Origin: Desulfocapsa sulfexigens DSM 10523 | GTDB taxonomy: Bacteria > Desulfobacterota > Desulfobulbia > Desulfobulbales > Desulfocapsaceae | Direction: 5' to 3' | Length of the DNA stretch: 32,000 bases | Assembly (NCBI RefSeq): GCF_000341395.1 | Contig: NC_020305.1 | Coordinates: forward strand, 1 to 32,000 | In this document: positions 26,160 through 32,000 of the stretch, piece after piece | How positions within the stretch are numbered: position 1 is the first letter of the stretch | Layout of the letters: every line of letters begins with the position of its first letter | Position numbers and translations under genes: made by a program | The notes under the pieces: model-generated | What the model saw: only the letters and a program-made list of their open reading frames with translations | The model's database searches: none | What the model was told of the DNA's origin: nothing

Positions 26160-26768
26160 TCATTTATCTTTTTGGAATAATGCCATACCATCAGTACCTT
26201 TTGGTATGAATGCAACGTTTTCTGACAACTCTTCGTGCTCAATCTCAACTACAGCTAAATAACCTGTATCCAATGTTAGCTTTTCCCAGACAGGAAAATA
26301 TGGTGCTAATTCTGCGTAATTGCCAATTCTATCCGTAAGATATTGATACATATCCCTTGACGGTAGAATCAGAAGACCTCCTTCAAGAACATTTTCAAGT
26401 AGTCCAATGGCAAGCTTATTTACCGCCCTGTGGCTTGAAGAAATATTACCAGTTTCCCATTCTACAGCAAAATATTTACCGTTATTCAATTTAAGGACGG
26501 CATCAACCGGACCTGGTTTTATTCGAGCCCCAAGAGCCATCGGATGTTCTAATATCCAACCCTGTTCTTCCAAGTGTATCATACAATTTGTTTTTATTGG
26601 CTTTACGCCATTTCCCTTTTTCACGGGATTCAGGGTGAATATGTCAGAATCGGGTGGCCATGAAACCTTTTTTATTGCATGATAAACATCGTGGAGCAGT
26701 GTTTCCAGCTCATCACTTTTTGGAAATGAACCCTTTGAAATTAAAACTTCAGTCCTCAATATTTTCAT
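26160..26768 (-). CDS. Type II restriction endonuclease, BamHI family
   Basis: PVDAVLKL...AVEWETGNISSSHRAVNKLAIGL...QYLTDRIGNYAELAPYF...FIPKGTDGM is collinear with my recollection of BamHI (IDVYKEF...GMEFETGNISSAHRSMNKLLLGL...YYLTDRVTNFEELEPYF...LIPKGSDGM). The catalytic D / ExE positions are preserved. Confidence 0.7.
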   Translation of the reverse strand: MKILRTEVLISKGSFPKSDELETLLHDVYHAIKKVSWPPDSDIFTLNPVKKGNGVKPIKTNCMIHLEEQGWILEHPMALGARIKPGPVDAVLKLNNGKYFAVEWETGNISSSHRAVNKLAIGLLENVLEGGLLILPSRDMYQYLTDRIGNYAELAPYFPVWEKLTLDTGYLAVVEIEHEELSENVAFIPKGTDGMALFQKDK

Positions 26769-26988
26769 CTAGAATATCCTTTACCTTTTTTATCATTATA
26801 TGAGGTTGCTCGTTTAATGCTTCGGCAATCTGTAATATTGATGTAAGAGATGGTTGCCTTAGTCCACGCTCAAGAAGTGAGATAAAAGTTCTGTCTAGGT
26901 TTCCCATCAAAGCTAGTTTTTCCTGTGAAATTCCACGTGCATTCCTGATTTCCTTGAGAACCTTTCCGTAAACTTCTTCTGGTTTCAT
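26749..26988 (-). CDS. Controller (C) protein, XRE-type HTH
   Basis: MKPEEVYGKVLKEIRNARGISQEKLALMGNLDRTFISLLERGLRQPSL. GGAGGG lies 6 nt before the ATG at 26988, so I prefer it to the track start at 27018. The 3' end overlaps the R gene start by 20 nt. Confidence 0.7.
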   Translation of the reverse strand: MKPEEVYGKVLKEIRNARGISQEKLALMGNLDRTFISLLERGLRQPSLTSILQIAEALNEQPHIMIKKVKDILDENIED

Positions 26989-27029
26989 ATGAATCCCTCC
27001 AAATATAATATGGGCCAACTTACTCTCTT

Positions 27030-27057
27030 GACCGCACTTGGTCGACGGACTATAGTC
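27030..27057. promoter_or_regulatory. C-box-like operators in the divergent C/R - M intergenic region
   Basis: Palindromes GACCgcacttGGTC (27030-27043) and GACTatAGTC (27048-27057). The GACT...AGTC form is the known C-protein operator consensus. Confidence 0.55.
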
Positions 27058-27134
27058 TGCAAAGGTAAGGTTTGACTTTGTTTAACAAGTAGGGTTCAGT
27101 TGGAACAAATAAGAGAAATAACCAGGAAATTATA

Positions 27135-28388
27135 ATGAAAAGACAGAATGCATTTTTTGAAGCACTTGGCGTTGATGCAACAAATAGTAAGGAGGTAACG
27201 CGACTTGCTGTAATTAGCGGCATTTCCGTTAAAAAACTTCGTTACTACAATGAACATCACCTGATGCCCTCTGGCACTGAGTTGGAGAAGATCATAGAAA
27301 CAACCAATGTAACTAAGTTGAAGCTTATGTTGAAACTTGGTTGTGTTGATCATAATGTTGCAGGAATGCTAAGTGAACATGCTGATGAAATTATTACTCT
27401 TTTTGAAAAAGAGAAAAAACAAACAAAAGCCAAAAAAAGATTACAGCCTGTCTTTGAAACAAATCTAGGAAAGCTTTATCACGGTAATTGTATTGAAGTC
27501 CTGATGCAGATGCCAAGCAATAGCGTTGATATGGTCTTTGCAGATCCACCGTTTAATCTGAACAAATTGTATCCCTCTAACATAAATGATGACTTAAAGG
27601 CTGAACAGTATCTGGATTGGTGTGAAGATTGGATAGACGAATGTGTGAGGGTCCTAAAGTTTGGCGGAGCGTTTTTATTATGGAATTTGCCAAAATGGAA
27701 TTCTGCTTTATCTAATTTTCTGAATGATAGATTAACTTTCAGGCATTGGATTGCTACCGACATCAAATATAGATTACCGATTAAAGGTAGACTGTATCCT
27801 GCACACTATTCTTTGCTGTATTATATAAACGGAGACAAGCCTAAAACATTCCATCCTGATAGGTTGCCAATGCAGGTATGTCCAAAATGTAGTGGTGATC
27901 TGAAAGATTATGGTGGCTATAAAGCAAAAATGAATCCAGCTGGAGTTAATATGTCTGATATCTGGATTGATATTCCACCAGTCCGTCATAATAAATATAA
28001 GCGTCGCGAGGGGGCCAACGAACTATCACTTAAACTGCTCGATAGAATAGTGGAAATGAGCACCGATGAGGGAGACATTGTCTTTGATCCTTTTGGTGGT
28101 TCAGGTACTACCTACATGGCCTCTGAATTGAAAAAACGTAAATGGATTGGGTGTGAAATCGGCCCAGTTGATGATATTGTTAACAGGTTTGACCACATCA
28201 ACGAAGAGAGGGAAATTCTAAATAATTATCGTGATAATTTAAATAGTTTATTTCCAAAGCAGATCTTAAAAAAAAGAGAAAAGGAAGGGCTATGGACCTG
28301 TGAATCTGTCAGAAGTAAAGCTGCATTAAAAATGTCTACAACTACCTACACAGAAAACTCCATTCCCCAGCTTGCAAAGACCAAATGA
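27135..28388 (+). CDS. Beta-class amino-DNA methyltransferase (N4-C or N6-A) with an N-terminal extension of about 110 aa
   Basis: Motif IV, VFADPPFN, precedes motif I, VFDPFGGSGTT, which is the beta permutation. The gene is divergent from C/R, as in the BamHI system. The N-terminal SKEVTRLAVISGISVKKLRYYN looks HTH-like. Confidence 0.8.
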   Translation: MKRQNAFFEALGVDATNSKEVTRLAVISGISVKKLRYYNEHHLMPSGTELEKIIETTNVTKLKLMLKLGCVDHNVAGMLSEHADEIITLFEKEKKQTKAKKRLQPVFETNLGKLYHGNCIEVLMQMPSNSVDMVFADPPFNLNKLYPSNINDDLKAEQYLDWCEDWIDECVRVLKFGGAFLLWNLPKWNSALSNFLNDRLTFRHWIATDIKYRLPIKGRLYPAHYSLLYYINGDKPKTFHPDRLPMQVCPKCSGDLKDYGGYKAKMNPAGVNMSDIWIDIPPVRHNKYKRREGANELSLKLLDRIVEMSTDEGDIVFDPFGGSGTTYMASELKKRKWIGCEIGPVDDIVNRFDHINEEREILNNYRDNLNSLFPKQILKKREKEGLWTCESVRSKAALKMSTTTYTENSIPQLAKTK

Positions 28389-28426
28389 TTACAGGTTATA
28401 CACAATCCGAGGTACGGAAAGTCCCC

Positions 28427-29144
28427 CCCGCACCCGCTCCGGCACGTCCTTTGCGTTTGTCTGCCCCGGTCGGCTGCAGCCCGGCAAACTGCCGCCGGTC
28501 TTCCGCTGCGCCCAGCTCAGCCAGCAAAGGCCCCGCCTCCACTCCTTCCGTGCAGGCTGCAGCGCTCCAGCTCCGCTTCAAGCCGGATCCCCGGTATCCC
28601 CAAGTTTCCAGCTTCGGCAGTGCACCTGGCAAAACAACACGCCAGGAGCCCTGCCTCTGTGCGTTCTGGTGGTAGACTCACCACCTGCTTAGTGTGGTGT
28701 CCACCGGCACATATTTTATAGCAGGCACAAAAAAATACTGCGCCCGCTATAAAAATGTGCGGAGGCCACACCCGATCCCGATCCGTGGCAGATCCAGGAT
28801 CCTTTCTCCGGCCACGCACCCAGAAACTACACCTGGGAGCCTGTCCGGTACCGGCTTTGGTGAGTAAGCCCAAGTCCTGCCTAAAGTGGTGTCCACCGCA
28901 AAAGCGCGGAGGCCACACCTGACACGGATTCCGGTTAAAACTGTCACGGCTTTTGCATCTTCCCGCTTCAATTAAATGGAGTTTCAGGGGCAAAAGCTCA
29001 CGCCAGTTTTACCGGTAAGTGTCCGCTTGCGCGAATCACAGTGGACGCGGGATACTGCCCCGCTTATGCCCCGGCCCGGTAAGTCAGATATGGGCAGGCA
29101 TTCCGGGCCGGGGTATCTTTGGCCTGCGGCGCATGATAGAGGAT
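28427..29144 (+). ncRNA. GC-rich ORF-free element, copy 2; candidate large structured RNA of unclassified family
   Basis: Collinear with the reverse complement of 3263-3805. Identical blocks include CCCGCACCCGCTCCGGCACGTCCT (28427-28450), CCAGCTTCGGCAGTGCACCTGGC (28608-28630) and GCGGAGGCCACACCCGATCCCGA. It carries two hairpin-forming insertions (28707-28760 and 28935-29106) relative to copy 1. Confidence 0.5.
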
Positions 29145-29180
29145 CACTCCGGCCAGCACCGCCCCAGCCACCCGCCAGCA

Positions 29181-29305
29181 CAACCCCAAAACACAAACCG
29201 CCATAGCCCACCTGGTGCTGCAATGCAAGGTCGGTTGTCCAGTAGGGCACTCCACCTTGCATTGCAGCACCAGGCAGGCTTAAAGACATGGCGGTTTTGG
29301 GGTTG
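29181..29305. repeat. 125-nt composite hairpin (about 43 paired positions, including a perfect 21-bp stem)
   Basis: The perfect 21-bp stem is CCTGGTGCTGCAATGCAAGGT (29211-29231) with ACCTTGCATTGCAGCACCAGG (29254-29274). Outer helices are AGCC/GGCT, AAACCGCCAT (29195-29204) with ATGGCGGTTT (29288-29297), and CAACCCCA (29181-29188) with TGGGGTTG (29298-29305). Confidence 0.8.
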
Positions 29306-29487
29306 CACTGTCGGGTTTGGCTTAGGGGCTCTTGCTTCTCCCGGCCTCCGTTCTGAAAGTTTGGCGTTGCACGCTCTGAAAAAGACAGATACCTCCGGTG
29401 GGGGGTTCCCTCTCAGGTTTGGCCAAAGTCCGTGCCAGTTCCGCCTGTCCCAGGGTATGTTTTTACTGTTTAGTACGCACTGTTTCC

Positions 29488-29515
29488 TTGCAATATGCGC
29501 CCTGTTTGGTATAAT
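29488..29515 (+). promoter_or_regulatory. Near-consensus extended -10 promoter (TTGCAA-16-TGgTATAAT)
   Basis: TTGCAA at 29488-29493, a 16-nt spacer ending in TGG, then TATAAT at 29510-29515. It points into the A-depleted tract. Confidence 0.5.
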
Positions 29516-29544
29516 TATGTAAGCTAAAATATTTATTATATCAG

Positions 29545-29812
29545 GTGGTTTTATGGTTTCTTTCCCCTCCCGCACTTTGGCGCGTTGCTGGGCTGTTGCC
29601 TGTGGTGTCCCGGTTGCAGAGGCTGGGGCCGTTGTCTCCGGTCGCCCTGGGGCCTGGTCCTCGGTTCCCGGCCCTGCCGTCCAGGTTTCCTGCATGTTTT
29701 GCCATCGTTTGGGGCGGTGCGGCGGTTCACCTGGCGGTACCGGTTGCCGTTTCAAGCCCTCCCGCTGGTGGCCGGATCCGCGCTCCGGGCTGCCGGTTCA
29801 GCTCTCTCTTTT
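29545..29812 (+). other. Extremely A-depleted (G/T/C-only) non-coding tract ending in a T-run
   Basis: A hand count gives 12 A in 250 nt (29561-29810). All three plus-strand frames are therefore open, which explains track ORFs 29545..29844, 29553..29819 and 29585..29827. There are five CGGTT(G/C) copies, at 29611, 29662, 29723, 29741 and 29794. The tract ends GCTGCCGGTTCAGCTCTCTCTTTTTC. Confidence 0.7.
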
Positions 29813-29926
29813 TCAATAAAAAAGTAACGAAAAGGTGTAAATAAACCTGTACTTTGTGCGTCCTTTTATGTTAAAATTACATAAAGAGTAAGGGAAAGGC
29901 CCTTGCCACATATTTTTTTGTACAGA

Positions 29927-29947
29927 GTGCGTACATTTAGTACGCAC
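29927..29947. promoter_or_regulatory. Palindromic operator GTGCGTAC-N5-GTACGCAC just upstream of the recombination-module RBS
   Basis: The perfect 8-bp arms are 29927-29934 and 29940-29947. The 12-mer TTTAGTACGCAC (29936-29947) recurs at 29469-29480, next to the promoter at 29488. Confidence 0.5.
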
Positions 29948-29963
29948 AGCAAAGGAGGTTTTT

Positions 29964-30266
29964 ATGAATATGGCACACGAAATTACTCCGGAACAAATCA
30001 CCCCTCGCTTTATCGCCGCCCTGGTCAAATGGCAGAAGAAAGGCCGCAGATCCGTAGACGTCAAGATCCCGCCTCTTTGGTTTGACGAGGAAGGGGCTGT
30101 TTGTACCGTCTGGTGCTACGACAGCGATTTAATGGAAGGTCGCTTTGTTACAAAAATTTCCGAGATCCCCACTACAAAACAGCTTGCCGAATCAAAGCGC
30201 CTGGCAATCGAAAAAGAAAGGGCCGAATTGCGGCAGAGATTAGCAGAAATGGAGGGCGAAAAATGA
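29964..30266 (+). CDS. Hypothetical protein, 100 aa; first gene of the recombination module
   Basis: AAAGGAGG lies 5 nt before the ATG. The C-terminus is coiled-coil-like. The stop overlaps the next start (ATGA). Confidence 0.55.
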   Translation: MNMAHEITPEQITPRFIAALVKWQKKGRRSVDVKIPPLWFDEEGAVCTVWCYDSDLMEGRFVTKISEIPTTKQLAESKRLAIEKERAELRQRLAEMEGEK

Positions 30267-31123
30267 AATTACCGATCATTCAATCACCCCAGCTCGTAAA
30301 GCAAACAGAAATAGCCCTGGCCTATGCCCTTTTTCAACGGGAAAGGCACGGTAAACGGCTGGAACAGGTTGTTTTAGCCCCTGAAAACAAGCGGGGATAC
30401 CTTGGGGTGTCTTCAATTTCCACCCCGCCGTGTGTGCTGTATTACTCGCTGACAAACGAGCCCAAGGAAGAAACGGATCTTCCTTCCCGCTTTGGATTTG
30501 ATACCGGCCATATTTTAGAAGGATACGTTCTGGATCTGCTCCAGGCCGAGGAACGCCAGGGGGAATTATCCTGGCCGTATCTTCTCGCCCCTAGTGGGGT
30601 TATTAAGGGCCATTTTGATGGCAGGACGAAAAATCTTATGCAGGATGGGGCTTGTATTATCGAGGTGAAGGCCACCGGGGGGTATTCGTTCAACAAAAAA
30701 ATAGAGGAAGGTGCAGACAACGGGCATATCGAACAGGCATTCGTTTACGCAGTCGGCAGCTCCTCCCCCTATTTCGTTATAATTTACTGCAATCGTGAAG
30801 CAAAGAAAAGCACTCCTTTTTATGCGGTGTTTGGTTTTCATATTCCGGACATGATAGCGGCAAAAAAGGCGGTTCAGGATCTGTTCGCAGAAAGATTCGA
30901 TCCCGTTTTGTTATCCCTGCACCATGAATTACGGCCGGATCAGCCGGAAAAACCCCGTTGGGAGTTCGGCCCCAGGGGCTGGCGGTGCCGCCCCGATTCT
31001 TCGTACTTCACTAAAGGCGGGAAGGAAAATTTTACCGTTGGCTATTGCTCTTACCGGGGAACCTGTCCGGAAGGGCTGGCGTACCGCGAAATCGAAGAGG
31101 AAAGAAAGGTCGCAGCGGCATAA
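30263..31123 (+). CDS. Cas4-like / RecB-family PD-(D/E)xK exonuclease with Cys cluster
   Basis: The start is taken at MKLPIIQ (ATG 30263, overlapping the previous stop) rather than the track start at 30101. Motifs are GHILEGYV, GHFDG, IIEVKATG (D...ExK) and HIEQAFVYA (QxxxY). Cysteines are PPC (N-terminal) plus WRC...GYCSYRGTC (C-terminal), as in Cas4 Fe-S nucleases. Confidence 0.65.
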   Translation: MKLPIIQSPQLVKQTEIALAYALFQRERHGKRLEQVVLAPENKRGYLGVSSISTPPCVLYYSLTNEPKEETDLPSRFGFDTGHILEGYVLDLLQAEERQGELSWPYLLAPSGVIKGHFDGRTKNLMQDGACIIEVKATGGYSFNKKIEEGADNGHIEQAFVYAVGSSSPYFVIIYCNREAKKSTPFYAVFGFHIPDMIAAKKAVQDLFAERFDPVLLSLHHELRPDQPEKPRWEFGPRGWRCRPDSSYFTKGGKENFTVGYCSYRGTCPEGLAYREIEEERKVAAA

Positions 31124-31131
31124 ATAAAAGC

Positions 31132-31159
31132 GTCGCCCTGGGCATTGCCCCAGGGCGAC
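31132..31159 (+). other. 11-bp GC-rich hairpin between the nuclease and ATPase genes
   Basis: GTCGCCCTGGG (31132-31142), loop CATTGC, then CCCAGGGCGAC (31149-31159). No U-tract follows. Confidence 0.5.
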
Positions 31160-31179
31160 AGCACAGCGAGGCACAGATT

Positions 31180-32000
31180 ATGACTCTCTTTCAAAAAGCA
31201 GAACGAAAAAAAGCAAAACTCCGGCTCTCAATCGACGGGCCGAGCGGATCCGGGAAAACCCACTCCGGTTTACTGGTGGCCGGTGGCCTGGTACCGGATG
31301 GAAAAATATTTTTAATTGATACTGAGCGCGACAGCGCAACCCTGGAAACCGGAAAGCCGGGCATTCCTGATTTTTTCCACGCCCCCCTTACCCCACCGTT
31401 TACCCCGGCAAAGTATCGGGAATACATCGAGGCCGCAACTACGGAAGGGGCGGACGTAATTATAATTGATTCACTCTCTCATGCCTGGTCAGGCTCCGGG
31501 GGCGTGCTGGACATGCACGACACCGCAAGCAAGGCACAGCGGGGCGGGAACAGCTGGGCCGCCTGGCGGGAAGTGACCCCGGAACACAACGCCCTGGTCG
31601 ATGCAATTTTACAGGCCCCCTGCCATATCGTTTGCACTATGCGGACAAAAACAGCATGGGAAGTGGTGGAAACCAGCAACGGCAAGAAGGCCCCGCAGAA
31701 AATAGGCCTCAAACCGGAACAGCGGGAAGGTATGGAATACGAGTTTACCCTTGTTCTGGATCTTGCCCTTGAAGGCCATATTGCAACGGCCAGCAAAGAC
31801 CGAACATCCCTTTTCGATGGAAAACACTTTGTGCCTGGTATCGGAACTGGTGAAGAGTTGGCCGAGTGGTTGAACACTGGCCGGGATCCGGAAGAGATCA
31901 GCGCAGCAGCTCTCAAAAAACTGAAAGCTGCTGTCTCCAAAATTAAGGCCGTGCCCCATCTGGAAAACTGGTGGAAGGCGCATAGACCCGAGGCCGACAG
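31180..32000 (+). CDS. AAA_24 / Sak4-like phage recombination ATPase; the 3' end lies outside the window
   Basis: My own translation from ATG 31180 reads MTLFQKAERKKAKLRLSIDGPSGSGKTHSGLL...VIIIDSLSHAWSG...CTMRTKTAW...EYEFTLVLDL...ASKDRTSLF..., open to the window end. Walker A is GPSGSGKT and Walker B is IIIDS. It is not in the ORF track because it has no stop. The antisense ORFs 31479..31940 and 31609..31983 are discounted. Confidence 0.75.
   Translation, partial: MTLFQKAERKKAKLRLSIDGPSGSGKTHSGLLVAGGLVPDGKIFLIDTERDSATLETGKPGIPDFFHAPLTPPFTPAKYREYIEAATTEGADVIIIDSLSHAWSGSGGVLDMHDTASKAQRGGNSWAAWREVTPEHNALVDAILQAPCHIVCTMRTKTAWEVVETSNGKKAPQKIGLKPEQREGMEYEFTLVLDLALEGHIATASKDRTSLFDGKHFVPGIGTGEELAEWLNTGRDPEEISAAALKKLKAAVSKIKAVPHLENWWKAHRPEAD

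Noticed and set aside
3263-29144. The two GC-rich copies as DGR template/variable repeats or retron msr/msd
   Set aside because: No reverse transcriptase gene is present in the window. Differences between the copies are not adenine-specific. The copies are much longer than typical TR/VR or msr/msd units.
29764-29771. Exact E. coli Chi sequence GCTGGTGG inside the A-depleted tract
   Set aside because: It is a single occurrence of an octamer that is easily generated by G/T-rich composition. Chi sequences are taxon-specific and the host is unknown.
28372-29844. A dozen overlapping ORFs (68-203 aa), including the 203-aa ORF 29144..29755 on the minus strand
   Set aside because: Same reasoning as above. 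The plus-strand ORFs at 29545-29844 are open in all three frames only because the tract has almost no A, so stop codons cannot occur. The 203-aa minus ORF runs through a promoter and a hairpin and has a low-complexity N-terminus.
31479-31983. 153-aa and 124-aa minus-strand ORFs at the right edge
   Set aside because: They are antisense to an AAA_24/Sak4-like ATPase ORF (31180 to the window end). That ORF is missing from the track only because it has no stop codon in the window.
1-32000. tRNA, tmRNA, rRNA or RNase P genes
   Set aside because: I found no T-loop (GGTTCGAATCC-type) or acceptor/CCA context, and no RNase P or tmRNA signature strings by eye. A tRNAscan or Infernal run would be needed to exclude them formally.

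Overview
This window looks like a mosaic plasmid or phage-plasmid region: a mid-GC backbone interrupted by visibly AT-rich cargo islands and by GC-rich gene-free blocks. No tools were run, so all coordinates, repeat alignments and family calls are hand-derived or come from remembered motifs.

Backbone:
- 3' end of an IS110-family transposase at the left edge.
- ParA plus a ribbon-helix-helix partner.
- Rep_3-type initiator with 21-bp iterons.
- Secreted thermonuclease and an XRE regulator.
- CHC2/Toprim primase fused to a P-loop domain, followed by a GGTGCA-repeat / AT-rich block.
- Tyrosine recombinase translationally coupled to three genes: an exported protein, a TM-anchored P-loop ATPase and a DUF457/YdjM-like membrane hydrolase.
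- HU.
- At the right edge, a phage-type recombination module: a Cas4-like nuclease plus a Sak4/AAA_24-like ATPase. The ATPase runs off the window and is missing from the ORF track.

Cargo:
- A tightly coupled six-gene operon (GATase1, 2-hydroxyacid dehydrogenase, membrane protein, GshB-like ATP-grasp, C45 Ntn-hydrolase, B12-type radical SAM).
- A single 894-aa protein combining an HsdR-N-type nuclease, a P-loop NTPase and an S1 domain.
- A BamHI-like R-C-M restriction system with C-boxes.
- Two small genes at 565-1684.

Most unusual: two diverged, inverted copies of a GC-rich, ORF-free element of about 540-720 nt (3263-3805 minus strand, 28427-29144 plus strand), plus a 56-nt fragment at 26073-26128. 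Their conservation hops between reading frames, and they show compensatory and G.U-type helix changes and variable hairpin insertions. I read them as an unclassified large structured RNA or recombination module sitting at the borders of cargo islands.

Copy 2 is followed by a 125-nt composite hairpin, then a near-consensus promoter, then an extremely A-depleted 250-nt tract.

A dispersed bipartite AATGATA-N7-TATAAATGAT motif links the par genes, the AP2-like gene, copy 1 and the integrase upstream region.
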